DNA of 64,000 nt from Selaginella moellendorffii (lineage: Eukaryota; Plantae; Lycopodiophyta), in the NCBI RefSeq assembly GCF_000143415.4, contig NW_003314322.1, positions 1,066,067-1,130,066 of the forward strand, given 5' to 3'. Below are positions 35,686 through 48,546 of this stretch, in pieces. The position numbers were made by a program, and so were the translations under genes. Below the pieces are notes generated by a model, which had not been told where the DNA came from, did no database searches, and saw only the letters and a program-made list of their open reading frames with translations. How positions within the stretch are numbered: position 1 is the stretch's first letter; every line of letters starts with the position of its first letter.

Positions 35686-36931
35686 TTAGAAACATGATAA
35701 ATAATTAGAACTAACACTTTACTACAGCTATAATAAAACCCACTTGCTCATAAAAAACTATTGCACTCAACACCCCAAATATTCAAAAAAGATTTTGTGC
35801 TCATCTTCACATTTTAATCGATCACACTCATCTATACACCAATCAATCATTAAACCTAAAGCTTATACTTTAGTGACATATAAAAAAATCTTATATAAAG
35901 TCAAATTTACACAAGACAAAAAATCATATATATAACACTATCTAGACTTTACTATGCATATTTGGTAGGCACTAATACATGGATAAATTGTGTTTAAAAT
36001 ATTTGTGAGTCATATATATGTATTACAACAATTTAAACACATCTATTTTTTTTTTTTCATGTTTTTTGCAAGCTTCAACAATTTTTTATGAAATCACCCT
36101 CCTTGACGTGTACCTCTTTTTCAAAATTATTATCACAAATTTCTTGCTAAATAAAATTAGAAGGCTAATTGTATGAAAAATTATTTTGAAAAACATGTAA
36201 ACTTCTTTGATCTTAATATACCTCTCTTAAAATTTAAATTAAAGTCTATTTATGTACTTTTGTGTTTGATGTTAAATTTATCATAAAAATTACTTCCACT
36301 CAAAGTGGTATGCTAAGAACATTAATGCGTTAAAACGTGAGAAATGTAGTAGCCTAGTACCGCAAGCGACACAAGCCCCTTATGATCCTCATTAATTCCA
36401 CCACGTCCGTAGGCTATATTTGAGCCATGGCAATGGGTCCAAGCCCATTTCTTTTCTTAGCTGGAAAGACGCGGCTACATTTATGTCATATAACGCAAGC
36501 CCTCATCTCCGTACCACTTGGAAACTTTAAAAGTTTAAAATCTCTCCTTCCCGCGCGGCATTGACTGGTGGACCATCAGGCCGTCAAGCGTTTGCCATTA
36601 ACTAGCCGTCCGCGTTGGGAACCAGGCCGTCAGCCCGTCAAAGAAGGACACGTGACTCACTTTCGGGGCATTTGATTGGCCCAGGTAAAAACTCGGGTCG
36701 CCTCTGCTTTACCTGCCTCGAGGGTTTATCAAGGCTAGGTCAAAATCGAGCAAGAAAATGGCGCTGGCAGAGATGCGAATGGATTGGGCGGACAGGAGGA
36801 CCCTTCAGAAATCTCTGCTCGAGCGGGAAGATTGATCGTGAATCGTTAAAGTCTCTCACAAATCTCCACTCATTTTTTCTCATCTTCCTCTCGCAGTAGC
36901 AGTAGCAGTAGCAGCAGCAGTAGCAACAGCG

Positions 36932-38131
36932 ATGGCAGCGATGGCCGCCCCGCATTGCCTCCTAGGGTTCTTGCTCCTCGCCTTCTTGATTCTCGCAGCG
37001 TCCCACCAAGAACACCAAGAATCCAAGAATCCGGCTCAAAGAAAGCTCCTCCAGCAGCCGCCGGCAGCGGCATTCCCGAATCCCAGCCTCCAGGCGGCCT
37101 ACATTGCGCTCCAGGCATGGAAGTCGAGGATCACGGGCGATCCCCAGGGCATCACCGCGACATGGATTGGACTGGACGTCTGCCGCTACCGCGGCGTGTT
37201 TTGCTCGCCCGCGCCGGACGACTCGTGCAAGGAGGTGGTGAGCGGCATCGATCTAAACCACGGCTTTCTCTCGGGGACGCTGCCCGAGGAGCTCGGCCTC
37301 CTCACCTATCTCGCCCTCTTCCACATCAACACCAATCTCTTCTGCGGCACGCTACCCGGATCCATGGCCGCGCTCCTCCTCCTCTACGAGCTCGACGTCT
37401 CCAACAACAGGTTCTCGGGCCCCTTCCCGCTCGTCACGCTCGCCATGCCATCGCTCGCCTACCTCGACCTCCGCTACAACGGCTTCTCCGGCGAGCTCCC
37501 GGGCGCGCTCTTCGACAAGCACCTCGACGCGCTCTTCGTCAACAACAACCAATTTGCGGCCCAGGTGCCATGGAATCTGGGCAGCTCCACCGTCTCGGTC
37601 GCCAATTTCGCGAACAATCGCTTCTCCGGGGGGATCCCGCCCAGCATCGGCAACATGCGCCGCACGCTCAACGAGATCATCTTCCTCGGCAACCGATTCG
37701 ATGGCTGCATCCCGGGCGAGATCGGGCTCCTCGACCAGCTCAACGTCTTCGATGTGAGCTACAACTCGCTAGGCGGTGGCCTCCCGCCCAGCATCGCGCA
37801 GATGATCAGCCTCGAGCAGCTGGACGTGGCGTTCAATCTCCTCACCGGCGACGTGCCCGCGGCGATCTGCGATCTCCCCAACCTCGAGAACTTCACGTTC
37901 GCGGGGAATTTCTTCTCCGGGGAGAGCCCGGATTGCCTGGCGCTGCCGTCGCGGGGGAGGATCGTGGACGACCGCGGCAATTGCATCCCCAATCGGCCGC
38001 TCCAGCGGCCCGCGCAGCAGTGCCAGGCGTTTCTATCGCAGGAGCCATCGTGCTTCCCATTGCCGCCCAAGTCGTTCTTCCCCAATCCCCCTCTCCCCTG
38101 CTCGCCGCCGCCTTCCACTCCTCCCTACTAG
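36932..38131 (+). CDS. LRX: Leucine-rich repeat extensin-like protein with a minimal Pro-rich tail, intronless
   Basis: Signal peptide, AYIALQAWK, GVFCSPAPDD, GIDLNH, LRRs, Cys-rich hinge NCIPNRPLQRPAQQC, ends SPPPSTPPY. Confidence 0.9.
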   Translation: MAAMAAPHCLLGFLLLAFLILAASHQEHQESKNPAQRKLLQQPPAAAFPNPSLQAAYIALQAWKSRITGDPQGITATWIGLDVCRYRGVFCSPAPDDSCKEVVSGIDLNHGFLSGTLPEELGLLTYLALFHINTNLFCGTLPGSMAALLLLYELDVSNNRFSGPFPLVTLAMPSLAYLDLRYNGFSGELPGALFDKHLDALFVNNNQFAAQVPWNLGSSTVSVANFANNRFSGGIPPSIGNMRRTLNEIIFLGNRFDGCIPGEIGLLDQLNVFDVSYNSLGGGLPPSIAQMISLEQLDVAFNLLTGDVPAAICDLPNLENFTFAGNFFSGESPDCLALPSRGRIVDDRGNCIPNRPLQRPAQQCQAFLSQEPSCFPLPPKSFFPNPPLPCSPPPSTPPY

Positions 38132-38419
38132 ATCTCTTTTGCTAGAACTAGATCACGGGTCCATCCACCGATCAATGATCGATGCTAGTTTTTTTCGTTT
38201 GTTCTTCGCAGTCCGGAATAACAAAATCTATAAATCTCTTGACAAGGATCTGTGGATCGCCCACCGCAATGCCTCTTGTTCTACTCTGGACATTTGGATG
38301 GAGTGGAGTATTTAGGCCGATCATTCACTGCTCGTCAGCGCCTTTCCAGAGAGAGGGACGTTTTTGTTTCTTTCAATGTGCCACCAGCGTCCAAATCAGC
38401 CCTAAGTAACGACCTCTTG

Positions 38420-38662
38420 CCTGTACCGTGCGGTACACCGTGCCGCCGGCAGTACAGCGCGGTAAAATGCAAGATTCGACAGTAACGTGCGGCACATTAT
38501 AAACCATCTACCTTGCGCGGTGTTCTTTATTTCAAGCGTTCCAACGGTACCGCGCGGTACAAGACAAAGAGCTTGACAGCACCTTGCGCGGCATGAAACG
38601 TGTTTTTTCAAGCGTTCTGACGGTACCGCGCGGTACAAATGCAAAAACTTTAGCAGCACCCG
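38420..38662. repeat. Degenerate ~70-75 bp tandem repeat containing the palindrome GTACCGCGCGGTAC
   Basis: accttgcgcgg..ttcaagcgtt..cggtaccgcgcggtacaa..cagcacc occurs twice, with decayed copies upstream. Confidence 0.8.
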
Positions 38663-39369
38663 GTCTTGGACTCTTTCTTCTCGGACAGTAGGAGTGTTGT
38701 CCCCGGTATTGGAATTTGCTGGCTACCACCAGCGCCCTCGGAGAGGCTCTTCTTACTGACAATCCTGTAAATCTCCGTGAGCACCGAGAAGAAGGCGCTG
38801 TCGACGTTGGTGGCTTCCAGGGCCGACGTCTCCATGAAGAAGAGCTCCTCTCTCTCGGCCAGATCCTTGGCTTCCTCCACAGACACCGCTCGCAAGTTGC
38901 CTAGATCAGATTTGTTACCCACCAGCATCACCACGATGTTGTTGTCAGCGTGAACTTTGAGCTCCTCCAACCACCTTGTGACGTGCTCGAACGTTGGCCG
39001 CTTGGTGATGTCGTAGACCACCAGCGCTCCCACTGCTCCGCGGTAGTACGCACTGGTAATCGCTCGGTACCTGGAAGTTTGATCGATGAGCGCTAATAAA
39101 AATGTGATTTTGGAAGAGGAAAAAAACTCTCTAGGCTAGAAGTACCTCTCTTGACCGGCGGTGTCCCAGATCTGTGCCTTGATCGTCTTGTGATCCACCA
39201 CCATGGTCCGGGTCTGGAACTCGACGCCGATCGTTGCCTTGGATTCCAGAGTGAACTCGTTCCTGGAGAACCTGGCTAGCAGCTGCGACTTTCCTACCGC
39301 CGAGTCCCCAATCAGAACCACCTTGAAGACATAGTCGATCTTCTGATTCATGTCCACGAATCCATTCAT
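38650..39369 (-). CDS. RABA4: Rab11-family GTPase (RabA4-like), 2 exons
   Basis: [52 protein letters not shown]-terminal CC. Confidence 0.92.
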
Positions 39370-39573
39370 GCTCAGAGGACTTTGCCGGATCCAGAATAGT
39401 CACCCCCACTTCTCGATCGTGAAGCGGTCCGCCTCACCCAATAGAGGGGCACCAAAAGAAAAAACTTGCTGTCCTCGTTGTCGGGGAGACACAGTCAAGT
39501 TTTTACTTCACCCCACGTGTTGAGCTTCTCTTCTTGCTACCGTATATGCACCACCGTCGCCTTTTCTGAGAAT

Positions 39574-42500
39574 TCAATCGTCCTCGTCCTCCTCGGATTC
39601 GAGATCCCACTCACTTTCCTCCTCCTCTTCGTCGTCACCGGCCTCTTCAGGAGGACGGAATCGCTCAGCCTCGGACTCGCTGCCATCACTGCTAATCTCA
39701 CTGTCGAGCAGATCGTCGCTGTAGGCCATTTCATCATCGTCGTCGTGGTGGAGCTTCTTCCTGTCGGCCAACAACTCGCCATCTATATCATCCTCTTGGT
39801 ACTGTACAAGCGAGAAAGCAAAGTTACGCATCGACGAAAGATTTGAATCGAACATTGTATGAGAAAAAGTTTGGTTGGTAGCTTACGTACCTTGGAATCA
39901 ATCGCCTTGTACAGCGCACTATGCGGTGTGTCTGGCAGAGCATTGCTCTTGAGAAGATAGTCCTGTAAAAATTCCAATGAGTTGGTTGTTGGTGAGAACC
40001 AGAAACTTTAAAAGCTACTGCCGCGGGAGTACTTACGTAGTCTTTTCGGAGCTTCATTATCAGCTCCTCGAGCTTCTCGATATGGAGTTGAAGAGCCTGT
40101 AAAAAGAAAGTAAGAAAAAGTGCTTAGACGACGAGAAAAAAAGAAAGAAAAAATGTAAAGCACACCTTCTTTCGTTGAATTTCTTTAGATCGAGCTAAAG
40201 CTTTGCGTTTCGTGAGCAGGCTACGCGGTCTTAATTCAGCTGGACGTTGGTAATTCTTCCCCCTGTACACAATAATCGCTTGACCCTTGGACGTAGTTAC
40301 TACTCCCACCAAGATGCCACCGCTTTCAATTTCCAGCATCTTCGCCACTTCCAAAGCTATCGCCTTATCTTTCTCCTTAAGAATAAGCTTTACCAACTCT
40401 CTGTGTTTCCAATGTAGATGCATATTTTCAATAACACCATCAAATACTCCTCGTCTACCTGCATACATGGTTCTTGCTCACAAAAGATCTAGGAAAAACA
40501 AAGACAATTTACCGATAAGTAGAAATGCGTCCATCCTTAGTCCCAGCTTCTTAAACATGTAACGCTCCTCTTCCGTGATGGTCTCCCGATCGCGAGGATG
40601 CTCAGACAACAGCAAAGATCGCTCAAGTTTCACTATCTGCAAGTCAGCTCTCCTTTTCTTGGATATGGCCTGCAACGTCCACGGTCAGTACCTCGCTACA
40701 AGTTCACACAATGGACAGCTTACCGCAGCAAGTTTTGCCTCCAATCGCTTCTGTTCTCTCACTTTCAGAGCTACAACTGCGGCATTCCTGTCCATTTCGT
40801 CATCTTTCTCGCTTCTCTGTGCTTCCCATTGCCTCCTCATCTCCATTGACTCGCTCAGTGAACCTGATACAGGTGTCGTTCTGTTTTGTCCATCACCGAT
40901 CTGCGCTGGTATTCGAACTTGATCCTCTTTGAGAAGGAGTTCTCTCATATTTGACTCGCGTTCTCTAAGTACAGCTGCCACTGACGTTGGAAGGAAGTCC
41001 TTCCCACGGTACAAAGTGATAAAAAACTTGTCCCTTGAGAGTAAAACTCCTCCGGTAAGCCTCTGTAACAGCAAAAATCAATTCATGACGAGCGAAAGTC
41101 ACACATACCTCCAGTTCTTCAGCCATGAGCTGATTCCTCGTGTTTTGAACACCTCTTTTCAGACCGATTTTAACTAATTCGCTTTTCTGCCACAGTTTCA
41201 AAATAGCAGAAGCCAAGCCTTGCAATCCTCGGTTCCGACCTGTTGCCACAATTGAAATGAAGCTACGTTAGCATCATTTCAAGCACTCAGTCATTTACCA
41301 AGGACGAAGTGTGGAGGAAGCGGTTTCACAAGCCTTCGTAAGACTGTCAGCTCCATGTTTGACAAGTTCTTTTTGGCTCTGTACGGCAGCATCCTGAGCG
41401 GCGGCTTGTATCCGGGAACAGACGCTGGCAACAAATCTCCATCAACAGGCACGGGCTTCCTTCCAATCCAATCATCGTAGCGTGGACCAAGCTCCTCCAA
41501 GAGAGCATCAATCTCATCCAAGTATTCGTCTTCAATGTTGCCTTTCTCGGAGTCCCGCCGAGCTTCTCCATGCTCTGACTGGCTGTAGTCACGATCCTCG
41601 TCCTCATCTCTGATCTTTATAGCCTCCATCAAATTTATCTTTCTCCGTTGATATTTTTTCAAGTTCGCCACCATAGAGTTGTCAACGCGAGCAAAGTATC
41701 CTTTCCCCCGATATAAAATGGCCATTCCTCCAGTTCTCCATACTACTAAGCCACCAGTTTTTGTCTACAGCAACCATATAAGAACACGAGTGTGAATGCT
41801 ATGAAAAAGAGAAATAGAAAGACAGCATTACCTCTAGTTCGTCGTGCGTTTGTTTCATGTTTATCGCTGCCGGACCATCGCACTGGATTTTCACTACCTC
41901 GCATTTCTGCCAGCGGCGATGGATATCTTGAACGACTGCTTTGGTGACCCCGAGATAGCCGACTTTGATCGGATTGACAACCCGGATAGCAATGCGTTGC
42001 AATCTCCTCAGCTCCAGCTCCGGAATCGTTAGCTCCGCCAGGCATGGAAGCTTTGGCGGCTGCGGTCGCGTCACAGGAGTCGGTGCCTCGGACGATGATT
42101 CACGCTGCCATGGAAAGCTCCCTTGCTGGCTGGTAGAGTCCCTGCCCTCCAGGCTCGAGCTTTCAGAGAATGGAGCGGCAGTAGTATCCGGTGGAACCAC
42201 GTGGGTGCTGTAGCTCCTTTGCTTCCGCTCGATAGCGCGCAGCTTCTCCACAATGTTGAGCATGTGAGAGTGGGAGCTCCCATTTCCAGCGTCGGGCTTG
42301 GGCCGGGGGAATCTGTTCGACTTGTTCGCCAGTGGCGTTGGAGTGCTCTGATCCCATGGAGTTCTCTGCGGACTTGGAGCTCCAAAGCCTAGATTTCCAT
42401 TGAAATTGCCCGCAGCTCCCTCGTCTGGTCTCGTCTGCCAAGGGAGCTCTCTTCGTCGCTGAGATAGCGTCCTCACCCTAGCAATGCCGCTGCTGTTCTG

Positions 42501-42659
42501 GTGATTTTGGTCATCGGCAGGCGCGGGAGTGGAGGATGAAGACGAAGAACAGTGAGCTGGGAAAATGCGGCGCTGCTGGAAGAGATAATCAGGGTTTGAT
42601 CGAAGAAGCAGCCGATTGCCCGACAACGGCGAAGTCGAGGCGCCGGATTGAAGCGCCAT
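39574..42659 (-). CDS. Organellar group II intron splicing factor with 3 CRM domains (CFM3/CRS1 family)
   Basis: [82 protein letters not shown]. Transit peptide and acidic tail. Confidence 0.9.
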
Positions 42660-42795
42660 CCTGGAAATACTCATACCTGGATTCAGGGGGCCGCCGCCGC
42701 TTCTTCCCCGCCACAGTCACGAGGACGCGAGAGTGGCCGCCATAGCCAGAGCATTCCCGGGGGTTTTAGCTTTAAACCCTTAGGGCTTTATCCTT

Positions 42796-42805
42796 GCCAC
42801 GTGGA
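42796..42805. promoter_or_regulatory. G-box (CCACGTGG) in a ~220-bp bidirectional promoter
   Basis: gccacgtgga at ~42796, second ACGT element gccacgtca at ~42829, telobox-like aaaccct nearby. Confidence 0.45.
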
Positions 42806-42879
42806 CACAAATAACGGTAAAAGCACTTGCCACGTCATTGTACCGTTTTTGGAGATGAAGGATTAGGGCTCCCTCGAGG

Positions 42880-45270
42880 ATGAAATTCTTTAGGGGCAGC
42901 AAGGGCAAGAGCTCCGAGAGAGCTGAATCGAGCAGAGCGCCGTCAAGATCCGGGCGATCCGAGGCAAGTAAATCCGAGCGCTCTGCTGAATCGCGCCATG
43001 ATCGAGCTGAAAGAAGGCTTCTCAAAGAGGTATGGAGCGTTCTTCGGCATTTCTCTACGGTTTTCTTGATGGCTTGTAACCACAGCTCGCTCGAAAGAAC
43101 GAGGAAGTGGCCACACAGAGAGAACAGCTCGGTAAGCTCCACAACGAGTTTGCCAGGATTGCCGAGCTCCAGGCGTCCCAGAAGAAACATATGCATTCTC
43201 TGGAGCGCGACCATCGGATGGAGCTCCGGAATCTACAGAAGCAAGTGCAAGAGGAGCGAGCAGTGAAGCATGCGATCGAGGTTCGTTCGGTTTGTCGAGC
43301 AAGAACATAAAAGCACTCGGGTATTTATCTTTTCTTCGTTCGCTTGTTCTTCTTTCTTCCTGTCTTCTCTCGTTTGTGTGGGAGCGAGCTTCTAACGATG
43401 GTGATTCTAACAGATGGAACTTGCAACACTGATGGACAGGTGCAACGAGCTGGTGCACGAAAGCAAACTTAACGAGATGAAAGAGGCCGCGAGCAACGTG
43501 GACGAGGACGAAGAACACGACGAGCGGCAAGATCAGTGCTCTCATTCTCACGAGGTAAACATGAAGGTTTTCTCGCACAAGTTTTCCAAGCTTGTCTCAG
43601 GGAACTTCCACGCATGGATCCTCGGAAGGCCGCTCCTCTGCAAGGGGAGCTAGACGACCAGACGAGCTCCGGAAGCTCAAAGGACACATGAACACGCTCG
43701 GGGCCTCGATGAAAGAAGACGCTCGCTACGATCCAGATGAAGAGGAGGAGAAGAAGAAGCTGCTCGAATACGAAGCTAAGACATCCAAAGCTTGCTCCAG
43801 CGTCAAACGGGACTTGGGAAAGCTCAAGAAATGGGTGGTATGGAAGTGGCGCTGGGCTGCCGAGGCTCTCAAGTCAGATATCATGGCGAAGAAGCTAGAG
43901 GATACCGAGAGCGAGCGACCGAATGGCAGCCATAAGTCGTCGTCGTCGTCGACTTGCTCGGGGTGTAAGAAGAAGACGTGTGTTTGCTCGACCTCGGAGG
44001 GCGATAAGAATCAGTCAGTGGTCCCGGCTGTGATGACGGCCTGGCGAGCGTATGCTCGAGCTGTTCGTCTTGAGAAGAAGGCCATCTCGATGATAACTTC
44101 GCTCGAGAAGATGGTCAGCGCACTCCCCTGGTGGATCCGGCGAGTCGGGCAGAGGAGGCTGCTCGAGCGCTGCTTCTTCCGGTGGGAGATGCATGCTCTC
44201 CGCAAGAACAGGTCGGGTGGACAGGATGGATCGGTGGATCCGACGAAGAAGTCCTCGGCTTTCAAGAACGACGTGGATTCCAACAGGTCGGCTCCGTCCC
44301 CGAAGAGGAAGAAGAAAGACGATAGTAGTGCCGCTGGTAGCGGTGGCAAGCCCAGGAAAGCGTGGGGATCGTCGGGTGGCAAGGGAGACTATCTCGCTTG
44401 GGAGAACCGAGTAAGGCAGAGCACCAATCCTCGCGAGTTTTCGAGGTGGTCTGGCGTGAAGAAGCTACAAAATCTCCAGGTTTGCAGCTTTCGTTCTTCC
44501 CACCTCGATCTAAACAGTGATCTCTTTGTAACCAGGCATCAATCCAGAAGGAACTCCAAGAACTGGAATCGCAGCTCTCGCACCATATGCAAGCTCTCAA
44601 AGAGGACAAGAGCAAGCCCATCGCTCCAAAGGGTCCCATCTGGAAGGGATCTTGCAGCTCGACGTGGGAGATTTGCAACAACTTGATACGCTACTTGACG
44701 GATGCTCGCAAGCAGCTGGCCTCGGCGGATGGCAAAGCCAAAGACGGGCAGAAGGCCTCTCCAAAGCGGTACCGGGGAGGAAAGGAACAGCTGCTCGATT
44801 TCCCGGGAGGATTCCAGAGGAAGCAAGACGCCACGGCTGCTAGAAATCCCCCGCCAGCTTCCAACACCAAAGGAGTCTCGAAGAACAAAGTTACTGCAGG
44901 AGGAGAAGTAGCACCAGCGGCAGCAGCAGTAGCGCCGGATCATCAGACCGTGCTGGAAGTTCCCGAGGCCGAGGGATGCAATCTCACGCTCGATCCAGGC
45001 GCCTCGGTGAAAGTGAGCCGCCCAGGCGGGAATGGGAAGTGGGGAGGTAAGGATGGATGGGATTTCTACGGAGGGAGGATTTGCACGGCGTCGCAGTACG
45101 CCGAGTACCTCCGCGACGAGATCCGGCGATTGAAGGTGTGGCAGCAAGAGCACGAATCGCAGATCCGCAAGGAATTGGGCGCCAGTGGAGGAGGAGGAGG
45201 AGGGAAATTGGGAGGGAAGTACCAGAGATTGGGGCAAGACGTTCATCCGGAGCTCGAGCTTTGCTGGTAG
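42880..45270 (+). CDS. Unknown coiled-coil protein, ~5 exons, no recognised domain
   Basis: Long ORFs joined in frame by GT-AG introns, coding-like composition, heptad-rich N-terminal part. Confidence 0.65.
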
Positions 45271-45426
45271 CTTCTAGCGCGAAAACTAAGAATTTGAAAA
45301 TGCTCTGTTCTTATTTTGACCTAACCCTAGAGGGTTTGCCCTAGACCGTAAGATCTTCGCATCGCTATGATCCAACGGTGATCCTACGTGGCTTATAAAC
45401 CTAAGGGTTTACTGGAGGCGGCCGAG

Positions 45427-45435
45427 TTAGGGTTT
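45427..45435 (-). promoter_or_regulatory. Telobox (AAACCCTAA) upstream of RPS7
   Basis: ttagggttt. Teloboxes are typical of plant ribosomal-protein promoters. Confidence 0.6.
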
Positions 45436-45549
45436 AGCTCCCTCTTTCGTCGGCTGCGGCGCGTCCTCTCTCGGCAAAGCGCGAGGCAAGTTTGGCGCTG
45501 GCGATGGATTTCGTTCTAAATTCGCGTTTGCAGGTAGAGAGCCGCCACA

Positions 45550-46362
45550 ATGTCTGCGCGCAAGAAGATCCAGAAGGAGGAGGGCCAGGAGCCGGATGCT
45601 TTCGAGCTCACGGTTGCGCAGGTTTGGGAGAGATCTAGTGAGGCATTGCATGAAGTAAGTCCCTTTTGTTTTTGCTCAGGCGCTATCAGAGCTTGAGGGC
45701 GCTAATCAGGAGCTCCGAGGCGACTTGCGCGACCTCTCTATCAATTCAGCAAAGTATGTTAATTCTTTGAAATCATTCGTGAGCTCTAAGCTTGTGTTTA
45801 TTCTTCGCAGGGAAATTGACGTGTCCAGCAATCGCAAGGCGGTCGTGATCCACGTACCTTACCGCTTGAGAAAGGCGTATCAGAAGATCCAACCCAGACT
45901 GGTGCGTGAGCTCGAGAAGAAATTCAGTGGCAAGGTAAGCTATGGTTTTCCAAGCTTTTCTAGGCCAGCTCGCTAATAGTTTTGCGTGGTACTTTAGGAC
46001 GTGATCTTGATCGCAACCAGGCGCATCTTGAGGCCGCCGAGGAAGGGCGCCGCCGTCTCCAGACCAAGGAGCCGGACCCTCACTGCCGTGCACGACGCCA
46101 TTCTCGAAGACCTGGTTTACCCCACGGAAATTGTTGGCAAGCGCATCCGGTACCGCTTGGATGGCTCCAGAGTGTTGAAGGTAAGAAAACTCCCCTTCAT
46201 TTCCGGCGTTCTAGTGACGAGCTCGAAACGTTTTTGCAGGTCTACCTTGACCCCAAGGAACGCAACAGCACCGAGTACAAGTTGGAGACGTACTCGGGTG
46301 TCTACAAGAAACTGACTGGCAAGGATGTGGCATTTGAGTTTCCCGTGCAAGAAACGGCCTAG
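45550..46362 (+). CDS. RPS7: 40S ribosomal protein S7 (eS7), 5 exons
   Basis: [58 protein letters not shown]. Confidence 0.96.
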
Positions 46363-46719
46363 ACTCGTAATGGAGCATTTCGTTTTCTTGCTCTTGAGGG
46401 TTGGAGTGACGCAAAAATTTTGACTTGTTTTTAAAGTGGGGTTGAATTCCAGTTCCAGGCCGGTTGAGGGCTCGTCGAATACACACGACTCGGTTCTTTG
46501 GTGTGTACTACAAACAAAGCTGGTTTGTCCCTCGAGGTTAGCTCACCTGGTTGAAAGTAATTCTAAGCTGTGCTCTGCTGCTTTTGCCAGTGCCAGAAAT
46601 GTACGCACTGGGTCAGAAAAGCGCTGTAACTCTCCCAGAGTTCACATGCACCCCGTGGTAAATTCTGTTCAGAGTGAAGGTAGATAGAGCTGTAGCAGTG
46701 TGACATTCTTTAGGGAGCT

Positions 46720-47718
46720 ATGGCTGTCCGGAGCATAGCAGTAGGAGCTTTGATCCTCGTCGTAGCTTACGTTTGTGGTGGTGTTGGAGCTGAGCAGGAA
46801 CATCCCCGTAAGCCGGGAGCTCCCAGAGAGAAGCACTGCCGAGCCGAGACTCCCGCTGACGATGGCTGGATTTCGCAGTGCAGCGGCAAGATCTCCTGTC
46901 CGAGCACTTGCCCGCGGTGCCATCTCTCGTGCAAGTTTTGCGGGATGATCTACTGCCGTACGTAAAACAAGTTCTTAGATTTTGTTCTTCGTGATATCTT
47001 GCTCACTTTTCCTTCTTTCTCAGCGAGATGCAACAAGATTGGGTCGGTCTGTCAAGACCCACGATTCATTGGCGGGGATGGAGTTACCTTCTACTTCCAC
47101 GGCGAGAAAGATAAGAACTTTTGCCTCGTCTCGGACTCTAGCTTCCATTTGAACGCTCACTTGATCGGCAAGAGGCCTCCTGGCAGGAGCAGGGACTTCA
47201 CCTGGATTCAAGCTCTCGGCATTCTCTTTGGTCCCCACAAGCTCTACGTCGGGGCCAGGAGAGTGGCGACTTGGGATGGAGCAAAGGACCACTTTCTCGT
47301 CCACTTCGACAGCAATGCCGTGAGCATCGAGCAAGGAACCGGGGCGGTCTGGGAGGCCGAGTCGGGGCCTGTGAAGCTCACTCGGTTGGAGGCGACGAAT
47401 TCGCTCAGCGTTTTCATCCCGGGCGCTCTCAACGCGTCGGTGGCGATTGTTCCCATCTCCAAGGAGGAGTCGCGGGTTCACGGTTACGAGATCTCGGGCG
47501 ACGACTGCTTCGCGCATCTCGAAGTTAACTTCCAGTTCGCGGGCCTTGGCTCGCGAGTGGAAGGCCTTCTTGGGCAGACTTACGCGGCCGATTGGAGATC
47601 GCCCATCAAGGAGGAAGGCATCGCGATGCCGACGCTGGGTGCTCGAGCCGATCGATACGAGGCATCGTCTATCCTCACGCCGGATTGTAGCGTTTCTCAG
47701 TTCCATAGGGCCTTGTAA
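46720..47718 (+). CDS. Root cap / LEA-related secreted protein, 2 exons
   Basis: Signal peptide, Cys-rich region, CQDPRFIGGDGVTFYFHG, DFTWIQALGI, DCFAHL, EGLLGQTY. Confidence 0.9.
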
Positions 47719-47842
47719 AAAAGGTCTAAGAATATTTCAAGTATATTGCTTGGAGATAGGGTTTATTTTGTTAAAGATGGAGCTTAAGGAGAAATCATGT
47801 GAAACTTAAGCTGAGACCCAGGTTCATAGGATTCATGAAATT

Positions 47843-48400
47843 ATGATGAAGGAGAACAGCCCTTCTATGAAGCTGTTCAAGAAGCAAACCTGGTGTTCAC
47901 ATCTTTTTGAGTCACGCCAGTTCACAGCAGGACATGTGTCTCTAGGAAATATGGTGAAACTCCATTCGAAGCGTTCAAGCAGGCAGGATTTTTCATGCTC
48001 GACAACTCCTTTAGCCTTGGCCAACAACAATGGAGACTTCGCTTGTTTCTTGGTGGCCAAGGGTGATTTCTTGCTGCCTGTGTTCTCTGGATAAACTCCC
48101 TGAGAATGAAACTTTTACAGCATCATATTTATATCCTTGCACAGGAAGTTTTCTCTTTGATGCTTATGACGAGCTCATAAAAGTCGTGAGAAGGGCAATG
48201 GAATATGGCAAATATATCGCATTGTCACGGACGAAAAGAGGAATTATATCAGTAGTTGGAGTTTAGGTTTAAAAGTGTCGTCCATGGAGAGCTATTAGAC
48301 AAAGGGCCAATTCATGCAACCACATTCACACTGAGGAGGAACTCTAGTGTGGGAGGGAGTAGTGGAGCTCCTATTATTCCTCTGTATCACTTTATGCATT
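47843..48400 (+). pseudogene. Degenerate trypsin-like (PA clan) serine protease
   Basis: TAGHV (47924-47938), GDFACF (~48032) and GGSSGAPI (~48352) in catalytic-triad order, broken by a frameshift and a stop. Confidence 0.5.
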
Positions 48401-48546
48401 GTAGGTGGGTCTCCAATCTGCAAACTTCAACCTCGCTATGTCTACAGGTAGTATTGATTTTGTGAAGTGTTACCAGAATTACACATTTGTATATCACAGA
48501 ATATTCTTAATGCTACACTCCGCCATTGTTTTGCCCTAACCTAGGG

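Noticed and set aside
36955-38145. 396-aa overlapping ORF on LRX
   Set aside because: Arg/Pro-rich off-frame shadow of a GC-rich CDS.
23700-38662. CRISPR-like reading of the short spaced repeats (23.7 kb and 38.5 kb)
   Set aside because: Eukaryotic context, degenerate repeats, related spacers, no cas genes.
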